Assembly: GCA_937982665.1 (NCBI GenBank) | Contig: CALJLD010000243.1 | Span: 1,123-65,122 of the forward strand | DNA: 64,000 nt | Direction of reading: 5' to 3' | Source: an uncultured Planctomycetales bacterium | Lineage (GTDB): Bacteria > Planctomycetota > Planctomycetia > Pirellulales > S012-138 | Part shown: piece after piece, positions 30,851-40,226 of the stretch | How positions within the stretch are numbered: position 1 is the first letter of the stretch | How the letters are laid out: each line of letters opens with the position of its first letter | The notes under the pieces: generated by a model | What the model saw: the letters and a program-made list of their open reading frames with translations, nothing else | What the model was told of the DNA's origin: nothing | Database searches by the model: none | Made by a program: the position numbers and the translations under genes

Positions 30851-31885
30851 ATGGGCCGAACACCTGTTGCCGTCTTGGTTCTTCTTCTGACGGTCTGGCT
30901 TGTGTCAGCTCCAGGATGTGGTGTCCAGGACGAGGCGGAACTTGTCGCCTATGTGGCGCACGACAGCGAATTCTCCGAACCCATCTTGGATGACTTCGAG
31001 AGCGAGATCGGCATCAAAGTTCAGAAGAAGTTTGACACGGAATCCACAAAGACCGTTGGGCTGACGAACGCAATCATCAGCGAAGCCGATCGCCCTCGCT
31101 GCGATGTGTTCTGGAACAATGAGATCCTCAACACTCTTCGGCTGCAGCGTGAAGGGTTGCTCGCTGCGTACAAGTCGCCAGAAGCGGAAAACTATCCGCA
31201 GATGTTTCGTTCGCCGGACGACTTGTGGTGCGGATTCGCCGCCCGCGCACGAATCATAATCGTCAACACGGACCTTGTGCCAGTGGAACAACGGCCCACG
31301 TCCATCCATGATTTGGCACGTTCGGAGTTTCGCGGCCGATGCGGGATCGCTAAGCCACTGTTCGGCACCACGGCCACACATGCGGCTTGTTTGTTTGCTG
31401 CTTGGGGAGATGACGCAGCCAAGGCCTATTTCCAATCGTTGAAGGACAATGAAGTTCACGTCATGGCGGGCAACAAGCAGGTGGCCATGGCGGTTGCCGA
31501 AGGTGAGCTGGCATTCGGGCTGACGGATACGGATGACGCGATGGTGGCGATTGGTCGCGGTTACCCTGTGGAGATCATTTACCCTGATCGTGAAGCAGAT
31601 CAGTTAGGCACGCTGTTCATCCCCAACACAGTGGCAATCATGAAAGATTGCCCTCACCCCGAGGCAGCCAAGAAGTTGGTGGACTATTTGCTGCGGGCCG
31701 AAACAGAAGCCAAGCTGGCCGCGAGCGACAGCGCGCAAATCCCGCTAAATGAACAGAATGCGGAAGTTGAGGCTCAAGTCGAAACGCCACAAACGGTCAA
31801 AGCCATGGAAGTCGACTTTAACGCCGCGGCTGACCGTTGGGATGATGTCGCCGCCTTCATCCGCGAAACGTTCGGCGCTGATTAG
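30851..31885 (+). CDS. ABC-transporter substrate-binding lipoprotein (Fe3+/thiamine-type family 1 SBP)
   Basis: GGAGAG SD. Lipobox VSAPGCG. Sequence resembles the AfuA/FbpA-type SBP family. Confidence 0.75.
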   Translation: MGRTPVAVLVLLLTVWLVSAPGCGVQDEAELVAYVAHDSEFSEPILDDFESEIGIKVQKKFDTESTKTVGLTNAIISEADRPRCDVFWNNEILNTLRLQREGLLAAYKSPEAENYPQMFRSPDDLWCGFAARARIIIVNTDLVPVEQRPTSIHDLARSEFRGRCGIAKPLFGTTATHAACLFAAWGDDAAKAYFQSLKDNEVHVMAGNKQVAMAVAEGELAFGLTDTDDAMVAIGRGYPVEIIYPDREADQLGTLFIPNTVAIMKDCPHPEAAKKLVDYLLRAETEAKLAASDSAQIPLNEQNAEVEAQVETPQTVKAMEVDFNAAADRWDDVAAFIRETFGAD

Positions 31886-31898
31886 ATCACGAAGAGGC

Positions 31899-32246
31899 TC
31901 AAGCGGTGAAGTCAATGCGGACGCCAGTCTCACCTGTGGGATCTTTCGCTTGAGGAGTTGGTGAGTCCGAACTTGCCTCCTCCGGGCTCTCCGCTTTCGC
32001 TGTCTCGTTTTCTTCGCCTTGTTGTTCCCAAAGGCGACGTCCATCGGCATCGCGCTCGTTGGCGCTTTGGTCTTCAGCTTCCGTGGCACCGACATCCGCG
32101 GCAGCTTCGGCCTTCTTCTCAGCCATGGCCTCGCGCGATTGGTTCGAGGCCTCCTGCGTCTCGCGGTCTTTGTCGCTTCCCGTGCGTTGGGCACGAGGCG
32201 CTCCCGCGGCGCTGCCAAGAATCCCGCCCAGTGATCCAACGTCCAT
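31899..32246 (-). CDS. small acidic, probably disordered protein (115 aa)
   Basis: Strong SD (AGGGGAGA 6-7 nt upstream of the ATG). Codon usage looks like that of the neighbours. Glu/Ala/Asp-rich sequence. Lies 146 nt downstream of the AsmA-like gene on the same strand. Confidence 0.5.
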   Translation of the reverse strand: MDVGSLGGILGSAAGAPRAQRTGSDKDRETQEASNQSREAMAEKKAEAAADVGATEAEDQSANERDADGRRLWEQQGEENETAKAESPEEASSDSPTPQAKDPTGETGVRIDFTA

Positions 32247-32392
32247 CGGTTTCTCCCCTCGCTTTTGAGTTCCGCGTGCGAGAAACTTCGTTTCGACTTG
32301 CCTGGTTGATTGCTTTGTTCCGTTTAGAAGTCTAGCTCATGACTGTGGGTAAGTTCTTCGGGCCGTCCTGGTTCTAAGGCCAGATTTTGTGC

Positions 32393-35300
32393 TCAATACC
32401 GCCCTCGTCTTGGACTTGTGCCAACTGGTGGTACTCGGGGCGGCGGTGCCGCACTTCGTTCCAATTCCGCCTGGATTTGCTGCAGAGTTTTGACGACGCC
32501 CGGGAAGGTCTCCGTCGTTACTTGCGGGTCGGCGATGGGCCCTGTCACGTTCAGCTTGACAAACTGTTTGGTCGCTTCGCCCAGCACGTCACCCAAGATG
32601 GGAATACGTCGATCGCTCCGACCAACCATCGAGCCAAAAGACAGATTAACGTTCAGGTCGAAGTCCATTTCACCGCGACCAATCAAACTCACGGCGTCCC
32701 CATTGAAATCGAGTCTGTTGAAATACACCCGATCTCCGGAGATCCGGTAGTCAATGTTGCTGGCCGTAAAGGCTGAAGCGTCTGGCGTCTGCAAGCTTGC
32801 GACTTTCAACAGCGCAACAAGCAGCGGCAATTCGTAGATGTCAGCATCACGCAACTGAACACTGCCATCGCCAAAGAGCGATCGTGCATGGACCCCCGCA
32901 CCACGTAGGTTGAGCCAGGCGAAGACGCGGCCTTTGTACTCGCCGCCGGTGATCAGTCCGTCACGGGCGAAGCGGCTCAAGTCGGCGTTGTCAACTTGTG
33001 TCCGCAATGTGAACTCCGTTTGCTCACCGCGCGAAACGATGATGTCACCCAAGAAACGCCCTCCGTAAAACTCGGCGGTTATGTGGCGATGTGTTCTCGG
33101 ATCCAGGCCACGTGAACCACCGACACCTGAAAACACACCAGGATCGCCAAGCGTCACTGCGCTGTTTTCAATGTGAATGGGCCCGCGGATTTGGTTGTAT
33201 TGAAAATCCATCAACCGCGCCGAATCAAGTTCGAGTTCTCCGTCGGCAACGAACTTTGATCCGTCGTAGTTTCCTTGAAGGCCAACCCGGCCAAAGATGT
33301 TCTCAAGTGGCTTGCCAACCTGAATGGAGTTGCCATGCATGAAGAGGTCCAAGTTCCACCGCGCGGTCATGGGAGCGGAAGGATGTGCAGCGCGATGGAA
33401 CTCCAGGAAGCCGGCCAGATTGATTGGCCCTTCCGGGCTGATTTCAATGGCGGCCTGCCGCAAAGCCACTGGCAAAGCTAACCTCAAGTCGCGGTCGGCT
33501 GTGACATGATCAACCGCCAGCTCGTCAAAGCGCAACAGGAACTCGCCACCTCGACCTTCGAAGACACCTGTTGCTTGAAGGTTGGTTTCGCCGTGTTTCG
33601 CCCGCAGCCGTCTAAATTCGATGCGGCCGTTGTTGTAAACGATCTTTCCGCCAATGTTCTCCCAACGGTACGGAAACTGACGAGGTTCCAGCGAGCAGGA
33701 TGCCTGCCGCGGCCAGACGTCAATCTGAAGATCCAGCGCTCGTTGGTTGGCCAGGTATTTGAGCTTGCAATTCATGTCGACTTCGCCACGTGGACGCAAG
33801 TCCGTCCAAGCAAGCTGCGTCGCGGGCGGAAGCGCCGACCGCAAGTCCTCATCGAGCGCTGCATTGTCCGCGTTGATGTTCAGCACAAATTCATTGCCCA
33901 GCGGAGTTGGCTCCAATGTCGCGTTCGCATGAACGTGCGCGCCGCCATTGGTGCCGTGAAAGTTCTCAAAACGCCAAGAGTCGTTCTCCAAGCTAACGTG
34001 TCCGCTCACGTTCAAGATGGGGTAAGGGAACTTGACGTATCGCATAGCGCCGTCCAAGACGTCCAACCGCATCTGCCGGGTCTGGGGATCGCCGGGGCGT
34101 TGCCGCTCAAACCGCATCCACACGTTGAAGACGCCGGCCGGGTCCAAGCTGCGGATCACCTCGGGCGCATTTCCTGGGAGCGCGGCAATCATGGTTTCGC
34201 TCAGCTTGAGATGAGAACCTTCCACCTGCATCCAGCCGAGATATTCCGGTCCGGGATCGACGATATCAGCCTGGATGTTGACGGGAACACCTTCGGCATG
34301 GCCGCGGATTCCCAAACTGACTCGTTGTCTTCTTCCTTCAAGTTCCCTCATCTCCAACCAACCTGCAGCGCGCTGGATGCGATACGGGAATTTGTGGTAC
34401 GCGAACGACAGGTCGCTGGTGTCAGCACGAACCCAAACCGGGCGCCATTCTGCGCCGTCGAAGACAATGTCCGTCTGGATGTCGGCCTCGCCTGCGGGCA
34501 AGAATTTGTTCCACGTCTCCTGTAATTTTGGCGGCAGCGAAGCATACAGCGATTGATCGAACGTCAGCCGCCGGGCGGTCACGTCGATTCGAGCTGCCTG
34601 CAAAGATTGCTTGAGCGACCCGGTGCCATTGAGCGAGAAGATTGTGTTGCGGCTTCGCGCGCCGCCGCTGGAGATTTGCAGGTCGCCATTGTGAATGCGG
34701 AGTTCCGCGTGCAAGTCTGTCAAGGGATACGGAAGTTGCACGTCGTCCACACGGCCTCGCTTGACGGAGAAATCCGCATGGTAGGCCCACGGCTCCGGCC
34801 GCGAAGCTACGTGCTCCACGGCAAACGTTCCGCTGGCATACGCTCGCAACATGCCCCACGGTCCAGAATTGGGACATACGGCACTTGGCAGCGACTCGTG
34901 CAATTCAGGCGAAACTTCGATCTCGTCGATCTCGCCAGCTAACCGCCAATGCCCGCCCGGAAAAAGATCGCCAACGATTTTGAGTTCGTGAATACGGTCA
35001 CCCCGCAAGGAACCGCTGAAGTGCATTCCGGTTCCGGCCGTCTTGTTATCTTCACTCTTGTTCTGGGCAGCGACACCGCTATTCGCAACATCCGTTTCAT
35101 TGGAGACCTGAGATGCGAAATCTGCTGTGCCGTATTCCACCGTCGTTCGCGAGCCTGGCTTCTTTTCGAGATCAGCCAGAGGTTGGAAAGTGACGTGAAT
35201 ATCACGCAATGTCAGTGTGCTTGTCGGTGACTTCGACGTGTCAACGATCTCTATCAATCCGTTTTGCAACTGACCACCAAACGGCGGATGATTGCCGAGC

Positions 35301-35857
35301 TTGGGGAGCGGCAGCAATCTTGCCAGGTTCCACGCGCCATTGGCGTCGCACTCGGCCCGGATTCTTGGTCGTGTGATGACGAACGCTTCAATCCGCAGTG
35401 AGTCTTGCAATAAGTCTTGCAGTCCGGACTCGCTGTGGAGAAAGACTTCGTCGATATCGACCAGGACTGCTTCGGGGCCATCAACCTCTGGGTCCTGTAT
35501 TCGCAGGCCGCGAATGGAGATGCCCTCTCCTTCGATGAAGTGCGCCGTGCGGACGGCCACATCAAGTTCTGGATAACCTTGGGCAATCAACGTTTCCACG
35601 CGATTGCGGATCTCTTCGTCCAGCCGTCGGTCCAGGTAAAGCATCACGCCCAAGCCGATAACAAGCGCGAGCACGAGCCCCCACTTGAAACAAAACCAGC
35701 TTGAACGGACGAAGCAGTTAATTGACGTATTTCCTGGTAAGGACCGGGTTCTGCGAAAAGTGCCGGCTAATCGCTGCTCTTTCCAACGGCTACTGTTTTG
35801 CGACGACAGCGCACAACTCTCCCTTTCCCAAAATTGCATCGCGCGCGATCGCTCCAC
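32393..35857 (-). CDS. giant AsmA/TamB-like membrane-anchored protein
   Basis: One N-terminal TM helix, then a long beta-rich body. The N-terminal block (VAVRTAHFIEGEGISIRGLRIQD...ANGAWNLARLL) and C-terminal block (LNVTGPIADPQV) resemble AsmA/TamB. Start is GTG 35857 or ATG 35839. Confidence 0.65.
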   Translation of the reverse strand: MERSRAMQFWERESCALSSQNSSRWKEQRLAGTFRRTRSLPGNTSINCFVRSSWFCFKWGLVLALVIGLGVMLYLDRRLDEEIRNRVETLIAQGYPELDVAVRTAHFIEGEGISIRGLRIQDPEVDGPEAVLVDIDEVFLHSESGLQDLLQDSLRIEAFVITRPRIRAECDANGAWNLARLLPLPKLGNHPPFGGQLQNGLIEIVDTSKSPTSTLTLRDIHVTFQPLADLEKKPGSRTTVEYGTADFASQVSNETDVANSGVAAQNKSEDNKTAGTGMHFSGSLRGDRIHELKIVGDLFPGGHWRLAGEIDEIEVSPELHESLPSAVCPNSGPWGMLRAYASGTFAVEHVASRPEPWAYHADFSVKRGRVDDVQLPYPLTDLHAELRIHNGDLQISSGGARSRNTIFSLNGTGSLKQSLQAARIDVTARRLTFDQSLYASLPPKLQETWNKFLPAGEADIQTDIVFDGAEWRPVWVRADTSDLSFAYHKFPYRIQRAAGWLEMRELEGRRQRVSLGIRGHAEGVPVNIQADIVDPGPEYLGWMQVEGSHLKLSETMIAALPGNAPEVIRSLDPAGVFNVWMRFERQRPGDPQTRQMRLDVLDGAMRYVKFPYPILNVSGHVSLENDSWRFENFHGTNGGAHVHANATLEPTPLGNEFVLNINADNAALDEDLRSALPPATQLAWTDLRPRGEVDMNCKLKYLANQRALDLQIDVWPRQASCSLEPRQFPYRWENIGGKIVYNNGRIEFRRLRAKHGETNLQATGVFEGRGGEFLLRFDELAVDHVTADRDLRLALPVALRQAAIEISPEGPINLAGFLEFHRAAHPSAPMTARWNLDLFMHGNSIQVGKPLENIFGRVGLQGNYDGSKFVADGELELDSARLMDFQYNQIRGPIHIENSAVTLGDPGVFSGVGGSRGLDPRTHRHITAEFYGGRFLGDIIVSRGEQTEFTLRTQVDNADLSRFARDGLITGGEYKGRVFAWLNLRGAGVHARSLFGDGSVQLRDADIYELPLLVALLKVASLQTPDASAFTASNIDYRISGDRVYFNRLDFNGDAVSLIGRGEMDFDLNVNLSFGSMVGRSDRRIPILGDVLGEATKQFVKLNVTGPIADPQVTTETFPGVVKTLQQIQAELERSAAPPPRVPPVGTSPRRGRY

Positions 35858-36255
35858 GCAATTGAGAATTGGGCGAAGAATGCTACGTCCCTGGGACTTG
35901 TCAGGTCAACAACAACCGCCGGCGCGCAGCTAAGAATAAGCACAGAATGCGTTGCTAGCGGAGCGGCTTTAACATAAGTACCCTCACTCCAATGCTAGCT
36001 GGGCTTGCGTGGCGCTTTTGTCTGCGCTATGCGTTATGGCACACCAAGCGAGGCGTTACCGTAATCGCTCTAGGGACAATGGCCTGCCACGTACTAGAAT
36101 TGCGGCCCCATGACCACTGTCATGTCCCCAGTGAAATGGATTTCCTGACCCGACTTTTCTGACACACGCGCTTCGTCAAATCGAGCTGACAAGTTAGCGG
36201 TTTGACGTATCGTTCGCGTACAAGTCTTAGCCTCGAACTATCCAGGGTGGCAAGG

Positions 36256-39200
36256 ATGCGCTCTTCTCGTTCTGACGGTTCGTCCCGTTTGCCGTGGCGA
36301 AAAAACAAGTCATCACGTCCCAAGAAGCGACGACGTTTTGGCCGGCGAGAGCAACGCCCCGAGGAGGAATCGCGCAATCGCTCGCAAGATTCCGAGCGGT
36401 ATGAAGAAGGCTACTACGACGAAGACTCGCGCTATGCCGACGAGCATTACGATGGCGAACAATACGAAGAGGATCTCGAAGATTCTCGGTACGTAGAAGA
36501 CCGTCACAAGGGCCGACGACGTTCCAGGCGCTATGATGAACGTCATGATGATCGCTATGAAGACGAGCGATATGCCGACGATCGCTATGAGGAAGAGGAA
36601 TACGAAGAAGAACCGCCGCGCAAGCGACGCCGTTTCTCACTACCCAAGCGCAAGAAAAAGAAGCGCAAGACTGGCAAACAGACAACATCAACAGGCTCGC
36701 GCTTCCGCAACTTGAGCAACCGTACGAAGTACATCATGTACGGCGTCGCTGGACTCGCTTTGCTGGTGTTGTTCTTGCCGTCCATCATCGGCTTCACGAT
36801 GGGGGGAAGTTTTCTCGTTGCGGCGCTCGAGGACATCAACGGCACAGTGCAAGTTGGAGGCGCGTCGATGGGATGGTTCTCCTCGACGACATTCTACGAT
36901 GTCGAGATTCGTGACCGCTCAGGTGAAACTGTCTTAAAGACGCCGGAGCTTGGGCTCGATAAGACGGCGATGAGTCTCTACTTTGACTCGACGAACTTAG
37001 GGCAGGTGACGATCTCCAACCCTCAAGCGTTTGTGCATTTCGATCAAGATGGCAGCAACATTGAGGAAGTGCTTTCCGCCTGGCTGGAAGGCCCATCCAC
37101 GTTGGAAGCTCCTCGCCTTGCACTGGATGTCCGTGGAGGAACTGTCGAAATTGAAGATCGCCGTGCGAATGCCAAATGGCAATTCCATGATGTTCGAGTT
37201 GGTATGGACCTGGAACGTAACTGGTCTGAACCAATGAAGCTTCGCGCAGTCGCGAAGATGCCACAACCCGATGGCGCGACGGACTTTGATTTGCAGCTGA
37301 CGTTGGATCGTCGTGCTGGTCCCAATGGCTCCGTGCGACAAGAGGGCGATGCGCGGATTGAAACCGTCGATTTTCCTCTTGCGGCGTTTCAGCCTGTTGT
37401 GCGGCGCGCATTGCCGGACTCTTTCTTGCAGGGCATTGCCACGATGCAAACGGACTTCCGCTGGGGGAATATCGAAACTCCCGGCTGGAATATGTCGATC
37501 GACGGCCTGGTGGACGCTCGCGATGTTCGAATCACATCGCCAGAGTTGGGTGGAGACGAGATCTACCTTCGCACGCTAAGGCTGCCGATCAATATGGCCT
37601 ATGTTAATGACAGATTAACGATCGAACGCCTCGCATCCATCAGCGATGTGGGCCGTGTCGACCTGACTGGCAAAGTCGTGATCGACACTCAACAAGGGGT
37701 CATCACCGGACTGACGCAAGCGTTGGCCAATCAGGCGTATGAATTTGAAGGCAATGTCGACCTGGCCAAGCTGGCCGCGATCTTGCCGCGAACGATGCAC
37801 CTGCGCGATGGCTTGCAAGTTACGCAAGGAGATGTGCGTTGGAAGCTCTCGCATGCGGGGAGGGCGGGAGCCGGCGCCTGGTCGGGCTCGCTTGAAACAA
37901 CGCAATTGCGCGCGCAGCGTGGCGATGAAGTCATCGCCTGGGACAAGCCTATCACGCTGAACTTTGAGGCCAACGAGAGCGACGGCGGACTGCATGTGGA
38001 GACGCTGCACTGCCATTCCGAGTTTGTCAGCCTGGACGCGATGGGCGATATCAACAAGCTCGACCGAGAAACAGGCTACTTGGATCACTTCGACGTGGCC
38101 GGAGAGTTCAAGCTCGACAAGCTGTCCCAAGAACTCAACCGCTTTGTTGATTTCGGCCAAACAAACTTTGCCGGTGACGGTTACCTGTATCTCACGTGGA
38201 GGCGCCAACCCAACGGTGCCTTTGAAACCACGTGGGACGTCAACGTCGCCCAATTTGAAGTCGCGATGCAAGGCCACGCGCCCTGGCGAGAAGACAAACT
38301 CATCGCGCAAGGACGCGCTAATGGCCAATTTCAAAACCATGAATTGACAAGCCTGGACTTCGGCACGATGGAACTGCGCAGCCGGGTGGATACCGTTCAG
38401 GCGGAAATCATCAGTCAAATCCGGCGGCCAACCGCCAGGTCGCAATGGCCGCTGCATGTGACGGTTCGTGGCACAACAACAAGTTGGCTGGACCGCGCGC
38501 AAATGTGGATCGATGGCGCTTCGCGCTGGAACGGTCGCACCGAAGGCGGACTGGACGTCGAAGCAATCGTCAACGTCTCGCCAAGGCAAGTTACTGTCGA
38601 AAGCGGCAGCAAAGTCCGTATCAGCGATTTCGTGCTCGAGACCCGGAATTGGAAAGTGGAAGAACCACAGCTTGAAGCCACCCTGGCCGCCGCGTGGGAC
38701 CCGGAAACGGACCTGATGAACATCGTGGAGATGAAAGTCGTTACGCCCACGGGCGAAATCAAAGCTCGCGACGCTCGCGTGCAATGGCCCGCAGGTGGAC
38801 CACCAAACGTCACGGGAACAGCAAATGTCACCGGCGATCTCACAAAGATCCAAGCCTGGCGGCGTATCCCAGCCAAACACGGGATGGCCGGACAACTCGT
38901 CGGGGATGTCTCCATCTCCAACAACAACGGCGCATTGGTTGCCGATTGGCGAGGCCGAATCAACAACTTCAGTCTGCAAACAGGAGAATCCGCTACCTGG
39001 AGTGAGCGGCTCGTCGGTATGCAGGCTACGGCCAGATACGATCGCCGCGCCGATCGCTTACAGATCTTACAGGCGGTGTGGGAATCAAACGCCCTGACCT
39101 GCAACGCAACGGGTGATATCGCCCGTGCTCGAACAGATCGCGAGCTGACGTTGGCGGGAACCGTGAGCTACGATCCGAGGAAACTTGTCGGGTTGTTGCG

Positions 39201-40200
39201 GCCGTACTTTGGCGATGCCGTCCAACTCAACGCGACGCGCCAGCCGCACGAGTTCCGCCTGCATGGCGTGTTGACTCCCACTTCGTCCGCATTGGGAACA
39301 CCGCTGACGGGCAGCTTCATCACCCGCGCCGATGGCGATGCGGAGATGTCATGGACCAGCGCGGAGATCTACGGATTCCGCACCGGCGCGGGCCAGGTTC
39401 GCTTCAGTCTGGCCGAAGGCAAGGTGGTCATGCATCCATTGGATCTGGCCGTCAATGGCGGACGGCTGAGCCTGGGTGGTTGGTTGGACATGCTGGATGA
39501 GCAACCCAAGATCAATGTGGAACCGGGGCGCGTGTTGGATCATGTCACGCTGACGCCGGATGTGGCTCGCTTTGGTAGTTTGAAGTATGTCGTTCCTTGG
39601 ATTAACGGGGTCACAGCCGCGCAGGGAACTTTTTCCTTGGATGTGGGCGGCGCTCACATTCCCATACAAGATCCGGTTCATGCAGAAGCTGCGGGAAATG
39701 TTGTAGTGCATGATATCGTGTTTGCACCGGGTCCACTCTTGCGGCAAGTTGGCTTTTGGGCTGACCTGGTCCGCCAACTGGCCGGCAAACCTACACAATT
39801 CTCTGATCTGCAAGCCGTGCGATTGCTGAATGAATCGAAGGTCGTCTATCGCGTTGTCGATCAACGCGTCTATCACCGAGACCTGGTGTTGGTCTTCGAC
39901 AATATGACAATCGAAACGCAAGGCTGGGTTGGATTCGATCAAAAGCAGGCGATCCTCGCACGAATCAAAGCGCCCGATCTGTTCCAGGAGATTCCCGGTG
40001 GTTCGGCTCTCGTACAAAATGGCTTGGAAGTCCCCATCAGCGGAACGATGTCGCAGCCCACGCTGGATGTGAATCGCATTCAACAGCAATTGGGCGGCAC
40101 GGCGCAATCGTTGTTGCAACGCGCGGCTGCCAGCGGCAATCGGATGCTTGCAGACGAGCTTGAGCGCCAACTGCGCAGGTTGTTGGCGCCAATTCGGTAA
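36256..40200 (+). CDS. giant AsmA/TamB-like protein with a highly charged cytoplasmic N-terminal tail
   Basis: An N-terminal tail of about 160 aa in the 36202 ORF frame (about 140 aa from the called ATG) rich in R/K/D/E/Y, then one TM helix (YGVAGLALLVLFLPSIIGF). An AsmA-like N-terminal block follows (GTVQVGGASMGWFSSTTFYDVEIRDRSGETVL...DGSNIEEVL), then a long beta-rich body. Confidence 0.65.
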   Translation: MRSSRSDGSSRLPWRKNKSSRPKKRRRFGRREQRPEEESRNRSQDSERYEEGYYDEDSRYADEHYDGEQYEEDLEDSRYVEDRHKGRRRSRRYDERHDDRYEDERYADDRYEEEEYEEEPPRKRRRFSLPKRKKKKRKTGKQTTSTGSRFRNLSNRTKYIMYGVAGLALLVLFLPSIIGFTMGGSFLVAALEDINGTVQVGGASMGWFSSTTFYDVEIRDRSGETVLKTPELGLDKTAMSLYFDSTNLGQVTISNPQAFVHFDQDGSNIEEVLSAWLEGPSTLEAPRLALDVRGGTVEIEDRRANAKWQFHDVRVGMDLERNWSEPMKLRAVAKMPQPDGATDFDLQLTLDRRAGPNGSVRQEGDARIETVDFPLAAFQPVVRRALPDSFLQGIATMQTDFRWGNIETPGWNMSIDGLVDARDVRITSPELGGDEIYLRTLRLPINMAYVNDRLTIERLASISDVGRVDLTGKVVIDTQQGVITGLTQALANQAYEFEGNVDLAKLAAILPRTMHLRDGLQVTQGDVRWKLSHAGRAGAGAWSGSLETTQLRAQRGDEVIAWDKPITLNFEANESDGGLHVETLHCHSEFVSLDAMGDINKLDRETGYLDHFDVAGEFKLDKLSQELNRFVDFGQTNFAGDGYLYLTWRRQPNGAFETTWDVNVAQFEVAMQGHAPWREDKLIAQGRANGQFQNHELTSLDFGTMELRSRVDTVQAEIISQIRRPTARSQWPLHVTVRGTTTSWLDRAQMWIDGASRWNGRTEGGLDVEAIVNVSPRQVTVESGSKVRISDFVLETRNWKVEEPQLEATLAAAWDPETDLMNIVEMKVVTPTGEIKARDARVQWPAGGPPNVTGTANVTGDLTKIQAWRRIPAKHGMAGQLVGDVSISNNNGALVADWRGRINNFSLQTGESATWSERLVGMQATARYDRRADRLQILQAVWESNALTCNATGDIARARTDRELTLAGTVSYDPRKLVGLLRPYFGDAVQLNATRQPHEFRLHGVLTPTSSALGTPLTGSFITRADGDAEMSWTSAEIYGFRTGAGQVRFSLAEGKVVMHPLDLAVNGGRLSLGGWLDMLDEQPKINVEPGRVLDHVTLTPDVARFGSLKYVVPWINGVTAAQGTFSLDVGGAHIPIQDPVHAEAAGNVVVHDIVFAPGPLLRQVGFWADLVRQLAGKPTQFSDLQAVRLLNESKVVYRVVDQRVYHRDLVLVFDNMTIETQGWVGFDQKQAILARIKAPDLFQEIPGGSALVQNGLEVPISGTMSQPTLDVNRIQQQLGGTAQSLLQRAAASGNRMLADELERQLRRLLAPIR

Positions 40201-40226
40201 CCAGCTCCACAAGCTGCACGCTGCCG

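Noticed and set aside
33506-40212. Long antisense ORFs inside the two AsmA-like genes (33506-34525 +, 37615-38979 -, 39349-40212 -)
   Set aside because: Shadow ORFs opposite much longer uninterrupted frames. Their translations are Arg/His/Gln-rich with no TM or domain logic.
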